Positions 37,778-46,795 of a stretch of DNA of 61,872 nucleotides are shown here, in pieces (the stretch's first letter is position 1; each line of letters begins with the position of its first letter). A program made the position numbers and the translations under genes. Source of the stretch: a virus (Duplodnaviria; Caudoviricetes); the IMG/VR virus record IMGVR_UViG_3300027759_000095, positions 1 to 61,872 of that record. One strand, 5' to 3'. The notes under the pieces are model-generated. The model worked only from the letters and a program-made list of their open reading frames with translations, had not been told where the DNA came from and made no database searches.

Positions 37778-38334
37778 CCCCGGAACAAGAAAAGATTTAC
37801 GAAGATGGATTCATTGCAGGAATGCAAAAGCAGGCACAGTCCAGCGTTGACAAGGCGGTTAACGCAATGGCACAGCGCCCTGATTTTGGGCCACAACCGG
37901 ACATGGATGAAATATTAGTACACAAAATAAGCGAAGAGGTACTTGAATGCACTGTTGAGGATTTTCTTGAGCATGGCACATTAAGTTTTTTTATGCCTTT
38001 CCAATATAGTACTTGGGAAAGTGCATCCGATGGGTTGGGGGGCAAACCTGTAAATGACCCGTTAACCATCTATATGTCGATTGACGTATATGGAGACGAT
38101 GACCGCATAACTTTTCACACAACACTGCGTAAACTTTTAGAAGATGTTTATGAAGGGTTTGAAGGTTTTACTGACCCCATGCAGCACTACTTGGATTCAG
38201 ATGATGTTGGTTTGCTAACCCGTATCAGAGATGCGCTGCTTGCAGAGGTTGCCCATATTGATGGCTGGCTGCAAACAGCCAAATCAAAGGAGAAAAATGC
38301 AGAAGCCAAACTCAAGGAGAAGTTCAATGGATGA
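37774..38334 (+). CDS. Hypothetical protein
   Basis: ATGA-coupled, 186 aa. Confidence 0.7.
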   Translation: MTPEQEKIYEDGFIAGMQKQAQSSVDKAVNAMAQRPDFGPQPDMDEILVHKISEEVLECTVEDFLEHGTLSFFMPFQYSTWESASDGLGGKPVNDPLTIYMSIDVYGDDDRITFHTTLRKLLEDVYEGFEGFTDPMQHYLDSDDVGLLTRIRDALLAEVAHIDGWLQTAKSKEKNAEAKLKEKFNG

Positions 38335-38494
38335 ACATAAAATTTATTTAGGTGATGGCGTATACGCCAGCTTTGACGGCTATCAAATATGGCTTGCCGT
38401 AAATCACCATAAAAACAAAGTAGTGGCATTGGAGCCGCAAGTTTTAAAAAAACTTTGCGAATACGCAAAGATGTTGAAGGAAAAGAACACATGA
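38327..38494 (+). CDS. Hypothetical protein
   Basis: YLGDGVYASFDGYQIWL...ALEP motif; RBS AGGAG. Confidence 0.7.
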   Translation: MDEHKIYLGDGVYASFDGYQIWLAVNHHKNKVVALEPQVLKKLCEYAKMLKEKNT

Positions 38495-38730
38495 ACAAAC
38501 CGTGTGCTATGTGTCCATGTAAACCAACGATACCAAAATTGCATCGCGCTCTTGCCATGCAATTCATAGATACAGTAAAGGCATCAGGCGGGTTCCCCTG
38601 CCATGATAAGCACCCCAAGGCCCACTTGCTAACTGAGGAAGCCCTTGGTAGTGATGGTAAGTACCACACCCTTGACTGCGCTGGATACGCAGTATGGGGA
38701 TTAACAAAGGAGAAAAATGCACAAGAGTAA
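38491..38730 (+). CDS. Small Cys-rich protein
   Basis: KPCAMCP...FPCH...CAG motif. Confidence 0.65.
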   Translation: MNKPCAMCPCKPTIPKLHRALAMQFIDTVKASGGFPCHDKHPKAHLLTEEALGSDGKYHTLDCAGYAVWGLTKEKNAQE

Positions 38731-38944
38731 TCACCACAGCATAAGGATGCTGCTGCAACAGTACCATGATGGGCTAACCGTGTCTGAAATAACTGAACGC
38801 CTTGAGAAAGATCGTGCCTCTATTAACAACGCGCTAAAGTGTATGCCTGATTCTTATATAGACCGCTGGACAGAGCGCAGAAAACAATGGGCGGCTGTCT
38901 GGTGTGTTATCGTTCCGCCTCAAAATTGCCCTAAACCAAATTAG
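38717..38944 (+). CDS. Winged-helix-like hypothetical protein
   Basis: DGLTVSEI...MPDSYIDRW...AVWC...PP.NCPKP. Confidence 0.65.
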   Translation: MHKSNHHSIRMLLQQYHDGLTVSEITERLEKDRASINNALKCMPDSYIDRWTERRKQWAAVWCVIVPPQNCPKPN

Positions 38945-38955
38945 AAAGGAGATAA

Positions 38956-39123
38956 ATGGACATGCCAGACTTCGCAGCTTGGTCCAATGAAAACCTAGCA
39001 AAGTTTGCATCTGATTCTTACAAGAGGATGCAAGCACAACAAGAGGTCATCATGCAACTGCAAGGTGACTTCAAAGACGCAATGGTGCAACTGCGCCAAC
39101 TACTAAAGGAAAGAAATGACTGA
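38956..39123 (+). CDS. Hypothetical protein, 55 aa (not in ORF track)
   Basis: MDMPDFAAWSNENLAKFA...; RBS AAGGAG. Confidence 0.7.
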   Translation: MDMPDFAAWSNENLAKFASDSYKRMQAQQEVIMQLQGDFKDAMVQLRQLLKERND

Positions 39124-39919
39124 AAAAATCTTGTTGAGCAAAATCCGCCTTGATGGTGGAACACAACCCAGAAAAGAGCTAGACGAAACCCTGGTCCAGC
39201 ACTACACCGAAGAGATACTTGAGGGCCAGGAATTTCCGCCAATCGACCTACACTTCGACGGCAAGCACTACTGGCTCTCTGATGGCTTCCATCGCTGGCA
39301 CGCACACAAACGTGCAGCACACAAAGACATTTCCGCCAACGTCACTCAAGGCACCAAGCGCGATGCTTTCATTGCCTCACTCAAAGCAAACTCACAACAC
39401 GGTAAACCCCGTTCCCCTGAAGAGCGCCGTTATGTCGTGCAACTGGCCCTTGAAGACATTGAGTTAGGTGAACTATCCGACACCCAAGTGGCCCAAATCT
39501 GCCAAGTAAGCAACATGACTGTAGGCCGTGTACGCAAGGCGCTGGGCCTCAAGAAAGAAACTACTGTTGGTAAAGATGGTAAGCGCCGAGACACCGCAAA
39601 CATTGGCCGCAAAGCACTTCCTGCCGCTTATCCTGAGTTTGAAGAAGAAGACAAGCTCACGGAGATGGCCACAGAAATCAACGCGGTATCTGAAGAGAAC
39701 ACAAAGCTCAAAGATATGCTGGCTGTGCGGTCCTTGCCTGTTTCGGAAGAGGCCCGAGCTGAGGTTCAGGAAACCATTGAGTCGTTGCGTGAGCAAGTGA
39801 GAGAGTTAGAGGCTAAACTCAAATCCATGACGCAAAGCAGGGATGAGTTTATGTCTAAGAATGCCGAGATGCTCAAGCAGATAAACTATTGGAAGCGCAG
39901 AGCCGAAAAGGCCGCATAA
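39116..39919 (+). CDS. ParB/Srx-domain protein with HTH and C-terminal coiled coil
   Basis: TQPR, FPPI, LSDGFHRW (ParB box), N..HG.P, HTH SDTQVAQICQVSNMTVGRVR. Confidence 0.8.
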   Translation: MTEKILLSKIRLDGGTQPRKELDETLVQHYTEEILEGQEFPPIDLHFDGKHYWLSDGFHRWHAHKRAAHKDISANVTQGTKRDAFIASLKANSQHGKPRSPEERRYVVQLALEDIELGELSDTQVAQICQVSNMTVGRVRKALGLKKETTVGKDGKRRDTANIGRKALPAAYPEFEEEDKLTEMATEINAVSEENTKLKDMLAVRSLPVSEEARAEVQETIESLREQVRELEAKLKSMTQSRDEFMSKNAEMLKQINYWKRRAEKAA

Positions 39920-39954
39920 CACCGAAGCTGGGCGGTTTCCCAGTAGGAGAAAGC

Positions 39955-41418
39955 ATGATTGAATTAAGACCACATCAAGCGGATGTAGTGGAGAAGCTCG
40001 AACAGGGTTTTGCCCAGCACCGCTGCCAACTGTTGTACGCACCAACAGGTTTTGGCAAAACAGAAGTAGCCATGCACATCATGGCTCAAGAGGCCAAGAA
40101 GGGCATCAAGGTTGCGATGGTGCTAGATAGGATTGTGTTGGTCAACCAAACCAGCACGCGCCTATCTAAATACGGCATCAACCACGGCGTGATGCAGCAA
40201 GATCATTGGCGGTATCGTCCCCATGAAAGAATCCAGGTGTGCAGCGCGCAGACGCTGGAACGCAGGGATGACTTTCCCAAAGTTGGCCTTTTGATAATTG
40301 ATGAGTGTCATATCCAACGCCATAAAATCATAGAGTACATAAAAGAAAACCCTGAAATGCGGGTTATCGGCCTGACCGCAACCCCATTCACTAACGGCCT
40401 AGGCTCTACCTACACCCATGTAGTCGGAGCAAAGCCTACGGGGGAGTTGATAGATGAGAAGTGGTTAGTCCCTCTAAAGATCTTTATAGCCAAAGAGATT
40501 GACATGACCGGCGTTAAGAAGGTGGCCGGCGAGTGGTCACAGGATGAGACAACCAAACGCGGTATGAAGATTACCGGCGATATAGTTGATGAGTGGATTA
40601 ACAAGACCAACCAACTGTTCGGTGGTCCTAAAAAGACTGTGGTGTTTGCCTCCGGCGTGGAGCATGGAAGGGATCTTGTAAGGCAGTTCAACGAGCGCGG
40701 TTACAACTTCGTTTCCATCTCCTACAAGGAGGATGATGACTTTAAAAGGGACACAATAGAGGATTTCAGCGCCCCTGACACGAAAATTCATGGACTAATT
40801 GCCACAGACATCCTAACTAGAGGTTTTGACGTACCTGATGTGCTTATCGGAGTGTCTGCTAGGCCGTTTTCCAAGTCTTTTTCCTCCCATGTGCAGCAAA
40901 TGGGCCGAATCATGCGACCCTGCGATGGAAAAACGCATGGCATATGGCTGGACCATTCGGGAAACTACCTACGCTTCAGGAAAGAATGGGATGAATTGTT
41001 TGAGGAAGGCGTAACAGAGTTAAACGATGGCGCCGAGTCAGCCAAGAAAGAGCCTACCGAGAAGAAGAAAAGTGAGTCAAAGTGCGGCGGCTGCGGTGCG
41101 CTTTGGATATGGCCGGACAGGGTTTGCGGGGAATGTGGCTGGACGCGCCCTATGAAAGAGGTGCTAAACGTCCCAGGGCAGATGGTGGAGTTGGATACAA
41201 ACCAAAAAACGTTTGTGGCCGAGAACCAAAGGTTTTACTCCGAGATTCTGTATTACAGTCGGATGCGCGGATACAAAGATGGCTGGGCTGCACACAAGTA
41301 CAAAGAAAAATATGGGGCTTTCCCTCGCGGCCTTGGAATGGAGGTAAAGTCACCCAGCTTTAAGACCCTCCAATGGATTAAGAGCCGCAACATTGCGTGG
41401 GCAAAGGCTAGAGCATGA
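39955..41418 (+). CDS. SF2 DNA helicase with Zn ribbon
   Basis: APTGFGKT, IIDECH, GLTATP, GFDVPD, QQMGRIMR, CGGC..CGEC; RBS AGGAG. Confidence 0.9.
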   Translation: MIELRPHQADVVEKLEQGFAQHRCQLLYAPTGFGKTEVAMHIMAQEAKKGIKVAMVLDRIVLVNQTSTRLSKYGINHGVMQQDHWRYRPHERIQVCSAQTLERRDDFPKVGLLIIDECHIQRHKIIEYIKENPEMRVIGLTATPFTNGLGSTYTHVVGAKPTGELIDEKWLVPLKIFIAKEIDMTGVKKVAGEWSQDETTKRGMKITGDIVDEWINKTNQLFGGPKKTVVFASGVEHGRDLVRQFNERGYNFVSISYKEDDDFKRDTIEDFSAPDTKIHGLIATDILTRGFDVPDVLIGVSARPFSKSFSSHVQQMGRIMRPCDGKTHGIWLDHSGNYLRFRKEWDELFEEGVTELNDGAESAKKEPTEKKKSESKCGGCGALWIWPDRVCGECGWTRPMKEVLNVPGQMVELDTNQKTFVAENQRFYSEILYYSRMRGYKDGWAAHKYKEKYGAFPRGLGMEVKSPSFKTLQWIKSRNIAWAKARA

Positions 41419-42200
41419 CGTTTGAAGACTTTGCAAGGCTACATGGCCTCATGCTCGACCATGTAATTGAGGGCCGGTGGGTAAGAGTGCCAACAGAGGA
41501 CCACCCCCGAAAGAAGAATGGCGCGTACATCTTTGATGGGAAAAGTGGCCTCATACAGAACCATGCGGTCCACGAATCCCCAATCAGGTATATGTCCAGC
41601 GAACCATTCGTGCCGGACCCAAACGCTGCGGCCAAGCGCCAAAAGCAGCGCGAGGACAGGGCAAGGCAACAGGCCGAGGCGGCCAAGAAAGCGGCATTCA
41701 TCTTTAACAATGTTAAAGTTGAGCAGCACCCGTACCTAGTTCGCAAAGGGTTTACCGAGCCATCCAAGGTATGGAAGGGGCTTTTAACTGTGCCGATGCG
41801 GGTGGCCGGTAACTTAGTTGGCCTCCAGCTAATACATATAGACGGAACAAAGCGGTTTTTGTCAGGGCAGCAGACCAAAGGGGCGAGCCTAGTCATAGAC
41901 AACAAGGGGCCGGACGTTCTAGTTGAGGGACTGGCCACGGGCTTGTCGGTCCGCCGAGCGTTAAAACTGGCGCGGCTGCGGTACAGAATCCACGTTTGCT
42001 TTTCGGCTGGGAATATGCTGGAAATAGCCAAGAGCCTGGACAACCCTATTGTGGTGGCCGACAACGACCTAATGGGCGTAGGGACTGCTAAAAAAATCGC
42101 CTCTCGCTATTGGTTAGGAGAGGCGGGGGAAGACTTCAACGATTTCGAGCAGAGGGTAGGCGCCCAGGCGGCTGCCGAGTCCCTCCGTCCGTTCTTTTAG
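41415..42200 (+). CDS. Toprim-domain DNA primase-like protein
   Basis: HPYLVRKG, VEGLATGLS, CFSAGN, VADND, EDFND. Confidence 0.85.
   Translation: MTFEDFARLHGLMLDHVIEGRWVRVPTEDHPRKKNGAYIFDGKSGLIQNHAVHESPIRYMSSEPFVPDPNAAAKRQKQREDRARQQAEAAKKAAFIFNNVKVEQHPYLVRKGFTEPSKVWKGLLTVPMRVAGNLVGLQLIHIDGTKRFLSGQQTKGASLVIDNKGPDVLVEGLATGLSVRRALKLARLRYRIHVCFSAGNMLEIAKSLDNPIVVADNDLMGVGTAKKIASRYWLGEAGEDFNDFEQRVGAQAAAESLRPFF
41700..41720. repeat. Dispersed palindrome site 3 (ATCTTTAACAATGTTAAAGTT, 1-bp spacer)
   Basis: Inside primase ORF. Confidence 0.7.
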
Positions 42201-42382
42201 ATTCCCTCCAGTTCAGAGTCTGCGGCAAAGGTGGCGGCAATAGCGCCTTCGTCCTCTGCCCCATTTTTGTATATGCGTACATCAATGCCGTTATCGGTGC
42301 TAAAGATACGCACCGAAAAGCCTCTGACGGCAAGCCATACCGCGCCGTCTACCAGTTCGTAATCACCATCTTCAAGTTTCAT
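42197..42382 (-). CDS. Hypothetical early protein
   Basis: MKLEDGDYEL..GAVW..V.GFSVRI; coupled. Confidence 0.65.
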   Translation of the reverse strand: MKLEDGDYELVDGAVWLAVRGFSVRIFSTDNGIDVRIYKNGAEDEGAIAATFAADSELEGI

Positions 42383-42573
42383 GCTGCTGCTCCTTGTGGG
42401 TAGTTGTCGGTAAATTGGAATGTCCATTGTTTGAGCAATGCCTCGTCTGTGTACGCATAGAACCCGCCTTTTGCAAAGAAGCGAACAGAATCTTCAAAAT
42501 CCCCATTTATGTCAAACAGGTACTCCAGTTCGTGCTTTGTCAATTCGTAGACCATCTCTTCTCTAGTTTTCAT
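42379..42573 (-). CDS. Hypothetical early protein
   Basis: Coupled ORF. Confidence 0.65.
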   Translation of the reverse strand: MKTREEMVYELTKHELEYLFDINGDFEDSVRFFAKGGFYAYTDEALLKQWTFQFTDNYPQGAAA

Positions 42574-42743
42574 TTCAATGTTCCAATCATGTAAGGGGTT
42601 TGCCCATTTATGTCCGGCGTTATCAGGAATGGCAGATCAAAGTCTGACATTTCTTCCATAAATTGCCTAGCGGCGGTGCGTGATGTAAAGGCGCGGATAA
42701 ACCGGCCGGCAAGATAGACCTTGTATAACCAGCGTTTTCTCAT
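42570..42743 (-). CDS. Hypothetical early protein
   Basis: MRKRWLYKVYL...; RBS GGAGG. Confidence 0.6.
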   Translation of the reverse strand: MRKRWLYKVYLAGRFIRAFTSRTAARQFMEEMSDFDLPFLITPDINGQTPYMIGTLK

Positions 42744-42910
42744 GGCATTACCTCCAGCTTTAGCGCCTGGGTGCCGGTGTCGTAGCCCAGATGGTAGGAC
42801 CATATCTCCAGCGGCGTCATAAAGTCGTTTTGCTCGTGCTGGTCGCTGCGTGCGTGGAAGTATCCAACCGCGAATGCTTGCATTTGGTTATAGGTGAAAG
42901 TGACTTTCAT
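42740..42910 (-). CDS. Hypothetical early protein, 56 aa (not in ORF track)
   Basis: MKVTFTYNQMQAFAVGYF...; ATGA-coupled on both sides. Confidence 0.6.
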   Translation of the reverse strand: MKVTFTYNQMQAFAVGYFHARSDQHEQNDFMTPLEIWSYHLGYDTGTQALKLEVMP

Positions 42911-43041
42911 TTTTTTTCTTTCATAACGTAAGCGGGATTGCCTGTCTCGCGCATATAGAACATGGCCTCATCGTTGGCCTCTTTTTGCGTTTTGAATTCC
43001 CCTAGTAGGGTGTGGTTGTGGTTGTAGATTCGGTAAATCAT
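42907..43041 (-). CDS. Hypothetical early protein, 44 aa (not in ORF track)
   Basis: MIYRIYNHNHTLLGEFKT...TGNPAYV; coupled. Confidence 0.6.
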   Translation of the reverse strand: MIYRIYNHNHTLLGEFKTQKEANDEAMFYMRETGNPAYVMKEKK

Positions 43042-43244
43042 GCTCGCACCACCTCAAACCATGCGTCCAGCACCCCAGCGTCCTGCAACGCCACTTCAAT
43101 GTTAAAGACAAAATCGCTCAGCATCTTGGGCATATCCATGCCGTTAGCTTGGTATGACTCTCGCAAGTCGTTTACCAAGTACAGGGCGGTTTGCGAATCG
43201 CCATTAAAAGACAATGCCTTTTCACTTGCTTGTATAAGTATCAT
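43038..43244 (-). CDS. Hypothetical early protein
   Basis: RBS AGGAG. Confidence 0.65.
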   Translation of the reverse strand: MILIQASEKALSFNGDSQTALYLVNDLRESYQANGMDMPKMLSDFVFNIEVALQDAGVLDAWFEVVRA

Positions 43245-43253
43245 TTTTTTCTC

Positions 43254-43613
43254 CTACCAGTTAGCGTATTTTTTGAATGCGCGGGTGTACTCTGCGCGGC
43301 TTTTAAATGGGCCTTTTAGTAGGCAATGGTGCAGGAATTTCCTGTCCATAAAGTACCCCTGGGCTAATTCATTCCCTGAGTTTCCTAATTGGGCGTAGGA
43401 CTCATCGGCGTAATGGTCTTTTAAAACCATCTTCACTTTATCCCATGCGTCCATTAGATCGACACCATTGACGCGCCCATACCCATCGTATGAGCCCTCA
43501 ATTTTCCTGCCACTAGGTAGCAGGGCCACAACCATGTTTAATCGTGGCAAATCTAATGCCTCGACCACAATCGGCATATGCGTTTTGGCGCAAGTTTTAG
43601 AAAAATAGCCCAT
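43254..43613 (-). CDS. Hypothetical early protein
   Basis: MGYFSKTC...G.YDGYGRV...QGYF motif. Confidence 0.7.
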   Translation of the reverse strand: MGYFSKTCAKTHMPIVVEALDLPRLNMVVALLPSGRKIEGSYDGYGRVNGVDLMDAWDKVKMVLKDHYADESYAQLGNSGNELAQGYFMDRKFLHHCLLKGPFKSRAEYTRAFKKYANW

Positions 43614-43615
43614 TT

Positions 43616-43828
43616 TTATCTCCTTGTGAATGGATCGTGCGCGGATAGATAATTTTCGAATTGCTCCAGGACGCTGGCCTTGTCGCCTTTAAATCCGAAT
43701 TCCTGCTTTATGATTGCATAGCAAGTTCGCCCTTTGCTTACCTTTAGCCCGCGCAGCTCCAGCCGGAGCCCGGAGCGCAGCGTCAATAGCCGGTAGAGCG
43801 ATATTTGGTTTGGTTCTGTGATTACCAT
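43616..43828 (-). CDS. Hypothetical early protein
   Basis: LRLE.RGLK.S.GRT.YAIIK.EFG.KG motif. Confidence 0.7.
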   Translation of the reverse strand: MVITEPNQISLYRLLTLRSGLRLELRGLKVSKGRTCYAIIKQEFGFKGDKASVLEQFENYLSAHDPFTRR

Positions 43829-44001
43829 TCGTCCCCCTCAATCGGCTCGTCAACGTCCGATTCGTTGTAATGGGTGAGTATTTCGGGCCGGTAAAGGGCC
43901 ATAACGGCGTCGTAGCAGCGGTCGCAGACCCTGGCCAGGGGAATGCCCCGGCCGTCATGCTCCCACCAACTATCGGCCAATGCGTGATCGCATCGTTTCA
44001 T
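43822..44001 (-). CDS. Small Zn-finger-like protein, 59 aa (not in ORF track)
   Basis: C...SWWEHDGRGIPLARVCDRC...YRPEIL; RBS AGGAG. Confidence 0.7.
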   Translation of the reverse strand: MKRCDHALADSWWEHDGRGIPLARVCDRCYDAVMALYRPEILTHYNESDVDEPIEGDEW

Positions 44002-44023
44002 AACTATAACTCCTGTTAATGTT
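44002..44023. repeat. Dispersed palindrome site 4, degenerate (AACTATAACTCCTGTTAATGTT)
   Basis: Overlaps the RBS of 43822-44001. Confidence 0.55.
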
Positions 44024-44066
44024 GGGCAAAATGGCCCCCAAAGCCCCGCGCGCGAGGCTTTAAGTG

Positions 44067-44252
44067 TTATTTGTCTAGCAATTGGCGGGCGGTGTATACG
44101 GCGTCTACAAGCTCTTCAGCCATAGCGTCATCGGGTAGGTGCTGGGTGTTCATTCCAGCCCAATATGCCAAGCGGTCTAGCGCCTCGCGTAACTCTTCCA
44201 TTGCGATCAGCTGGAAGCGCAGTTCGTTAAGTAACTCGGTGGATGTTTTCAT
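44067..44252 (-). CDS. Hypothetical early protein
   Basis: Helical 61-aa ORF in the operon. Confidence 0.6.
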   Translation of the reverse strand: MKTSTELLNELRFQLIAMEELREALDRLAYWAGMNTQHLPDDAMAEELVDAVYTARQLLDK

Positions 44253-44254
44253 TT

Positions 44255-44446
44255 TTAGCCTTTTGCGTGAAGTTGGAATTCTTTCCGGCCTCGCTGGATA
44301 AGTGCGCGGGCCTGGGTGCGGTCTTCGGGTTGTTCGGCGGCGATTAGGGCTTGCAGCTCTTTCGCTCTTTTGATTCGATTGGCGGGCACCGATAGGCGCT
44401 CATATTTATAGCCCGCGTCGATGTAGTGCGCCTCGGGCTGGTTCAT
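44255..44446 (-). CDS. Hypothetical early protein (paralogue of 44443-44634)
   Basis: EA.Y..AG.K...E..EDR..A.AL.Q.G..E. Confidence 0.65.
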   Translation of the reverse strand: MNQPEAHYIDAGYKYERLSVPANRIKRAKELQALIAAEQPEDRTQARALIQRGRKEFQLHAKG

Positions 44447-44634
44447 ACCCTGCGGGCCTCTGAATATCCGGCCTGATAGAGGGCTGCGGCCTTTGCGCGG
44501 TCTTCGGATCGCTCTAAGTTGCGCATACCCTGGTAATAGCGGGCCCAATGCTGCGCGCGTGCCTCGTCGCGGTCGTTGCGGGCTTCGGCGCCTTTGCGTC
44601 CGGCCTCGGTGTAGTTTGCTTCGGTGTTTAACAT
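44443..44634 (-). CDS. Hypothetical early protein
   Basis: Same motif as its neighbour. Confidence 0.65.
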   Translation of the reverse strand: MLNTEANYTEAGRKGAEARNDRDEARAQHWARYYQGMRNLERSEDRAKAAALYQAGYSEARRV

Positions 44635-44636
44635 GG

Positions 44637-45326
44637 TTAACCTTTCAAAATAGGGATCACGCGGCGGGCCAATTGGTCCGTGCGCTTTGCTTTGGTGCCG
44701 TGGGCTCTGAATCCAACGATAAAATCACGATCAGGGCGCGCGCACCATGCGTCAAAATTTCCGCAGTTTTCGCACGTTGACTCGTCTCGGGTTTGCGCTT
44801 CGCATACGACAATGCGGCGTCCCTTGGGCGTGTATGAGAGCTTAGGCGTGTCGCTGGGGACGATACAAACCACGGGCAAACCCTGGCCGCTTAGCGCGTC
44901 AGCGTGTCCGGCATCATCGGCGCTTAGGTTTACAGTAAACCCCCAGGCGGTAGCATGGCGGGCCCAATTGATAGCCTGGGCGCTTTGCTTATGGGTATAG
45001 GTGAAACCCTTTCGGCCAATGTTCGCGGCAACTATTTGCCCCAGCTCGTAGGCGTCGACGTCTTCCCCCAATCCTGGAAGGTCCCCAGCGACATTATGGC
45101 GCCATAGCGTACGCGGCGGTAGGCTGCGAATATGTCCGGCCAATTGGTCGATTGGGACGCCTCGCTTGGGCACTTTGTCCCATTGCATACGGGTGAAAAA
45201 ATCCTCGCCATAACAATCGTCCCCGTAGTGGGCGCAGCTGGCCGGGCAGCTGGATCGCGGGCTATACGTTTGAGGGATAGGGCCGGTTTTGCGATTGCCG
45301 GATGCGCGGATAAATGTATATTGCAT
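44637..45326 (-). CDS. Cys-rich GP88-like (putative Fe-S) protein
   Basis: S.NRKTG...CP.SC.....CY...RHNVAGD...YTH...C.....TC.NC...C...GF.AHG. Confidence 0.6.
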   Translation of the reverse strand: MQYTFIRASGNRKTGPIPQTYSPRSSCPASCAHYGDDCYGEDFFTRMQWDKVPKRGVPIDQLAGHIRSLPPRTLWRHNVAGDLPGLGEDVDAYELGQIVAANIGRKGFTYTHKQSAQAINWARHATAWGFTVNLSADDAGHADALSGQGLPVVCIVPSDTPKLSYTPKGRRIVVCEAQTRDESTCENCGNFDAWCARPDRDFIVGFRAHGTKAKRTDQLARRVIPILKG

Positions 45327-45328
45327 GG

Positions 45329-45502
45329 TCAATCCTTCGGGTTTTGTTGTTCAAGTCGGATGGCGCGCTCAATATTTCGCTGGTTGTATCCATCGGCGAG
45401 CTTGTCTATCAGCATTGCGGCGTCTATAGCCTCGGGCGTGGGCTCTGCCGGTGGTGCGTATAGGCGCAAAATGGCCTGGAATAATGGGTGTAATTCGTTC
45501 AT
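45329..45502 (-). CDS. Hypothetical early protein, 57 aa (not in ORF track)
   Basis: MNELHPLFQAILRLYAP...; coupled. Confidence 0.55.
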   Translation of the reverse strand: MNELHPLFQAILRLYAPPAEPTPEAIDAAMLIDKLADGYNQRNIERAIRLEQQNPKD

Positions 45503-45750
45503 TGGTAGCCCTTAAAAGTGCGGATAATTGAATCGTTGTTAGTGTGCAGCTCAATAATTTCGAATTCTTCCCCGGCTGCGCGCTTAGCCTGGGACCATGC
45601 GCTGGCGTCACAGTCTTCCTCTAAATAGGCGAAGTGGCCGTTGCGGTAACTGTAGGGCGAGATATGGCCGTCGATATTAAGGCGGCGCAGCTCAGCGATT
45701 GAAACCTCGATCCACCCGTGGCCAGGGTCCTGAAAATATTTATATTGCAT
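45499..45750 (-). CDS. Hypothetical conserved phage protein
   Basis: DPGHGW..V...IS.YSY....YLEEDCDA motif. Confidence 0.75.
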   Translation of the reverse strand: MQYKYFQDPGHGWIEVSIAELRRLNIDGHISPYSYRNGHFAYLEEDCDASAWSQAKRAAGEEFEIIELHTNNDSIIRTFKGYQ

Positions 45751-45857
45751 GGTTTAGGCTCCAAAAAGATAAAAAACAACGGTCCAAATAAGGGCCGCGA
45801 CTATCCCTCCGATATAGTCCGGCGTCCGGCTGCGGGGCAATTGGTAATGTTCGCGGC

Positions 45858-46130
45858 TCATATCGTGCAGCATCCGCAACAGGGGGCATCCTCGCACCGG
45901 CCGGCTTTGTTGCGGTAGTACTGACGGCCGCTTCCAAAGTCGATAACGTGGCTGACATAGTCCGGCCGGATGTAGTCGCCGGTTTCGTTGTGGCGTCCCT
46001 CGAAGCCCTCGAAGCTTAAAAGGCTAGCGGTTTTCGTGGCCGTGTCGTATACGATCATCTGGCCTCGGGCGATACGCTGGCCGGTCCGGCTGCACGTACC
46101 TGCGAATTTCGCGGGCATTGTTTTAAGCAT
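45858..46130 (-). CDS. Cys-rich hypothetical protein
   Basis: AKF.G.CS.TG..I..G; C-terminal GRCEDAPCCGCC. Confidence 0.7.
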   Translation of the reverse strand: MLKTMPAKFAGTCSRTGQRIARGQMIVYDTATKTASLLSFEGFEGRHNETGDYIRPDYVSHVIDFGSGRQYYRNKAGRCEDAPCCGCCTI

Positions 46131-46524
46131 GGGTTAGGCCTTTCAGAGTTTGCAATTGGTGGCCGATACCCTGGCCGCGTAGGGGGAAATAAACATTCTT
46201 AAAGCCCTCCAGGGCCTGGGCGTAGTGCTTACCGGCTAGAACGACAATGGTGCGGCCATAGTGCGGAAGTAACTTGTAGGCGGCGTGCTGGGCCCATATC
46301 CGGCGCTCTAATCGGCTCATGGCGGACAATGCGCGGTTATAGGGCGCTAGGGTTTGATCCGGCTCTATAACGTGATGCTGGGCCGATAAGATTAGAACGT
46401 CAGCATTGACGCGCGCGGCGGCTGCCATCGCTAGGCGGAAAGCTTGCCCGGTGTATAACTGGGCGGCCGGGGCTGCATGATCGAGCTTTGCGGCGCTACA
46501 GGCGACAAGGTAAAGGGGTTTCAT
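46123..46524 (-). CDS. DUF6884/YaaA-like protein
   Basis: VACSAAK...A.QLYTG..F...ILSA.H....PYN...LAG..Y...GIG.QL. Confidence 0.6.
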   Translation of the reverse strand: MKPLYLVACSAAKLDHAAPAAQLYTGQAFRLAMAAAARVNADVLILSAQHHVIEPDQTLAPYNRALSAMSRLERRIWAQHAAYKLLPHYGRTIVVLAGKHYAQALEGFKNVYFPLRGQGIGHQLQTLKGLTHA

Positions 46525-46570
46525 TGTGAGAGCTCCTAAGTAAGCGGGTTAATAAAACAGTCGAGTCGTT

Positions 46571-46599
46571 ATGCTCTCATGTCTGATATATCATGTCAA
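46571..46599 (-). promoter_or_regulatory. Leftward (early) sigma70 promoter
   Basis: TTGACA-N17-GAGCAT with extended TG on the minus strand. Confidence 0.5.
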
Positions 46600-46711
46600 G
46601 GGGTTTTTATACACAATCAATTTACAGAATTGACTTCTACGGGCGGTCACAAAATAGCCTGGGCGGTCCAATCTATAGGCGTGCTAGTACAAAGCATTAC
46701 CGCGCGGTTTA

Positions 46712-46740
46712 TTGCATGGGCGCATAGGTTGTGATACAGT
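46712..46740 (+). promoter_or_regulatory. Rightward promoter upstream of terminase small subunit
   Basis: TTGCAT-N17-TACAGT with extended TG. Confidence 0.55.
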
Positions 46741-46795
46741 CGGCGCGTTCTTCATTCATACCGCATGGTTTAAATAAATACTGATCAGTCACAAT

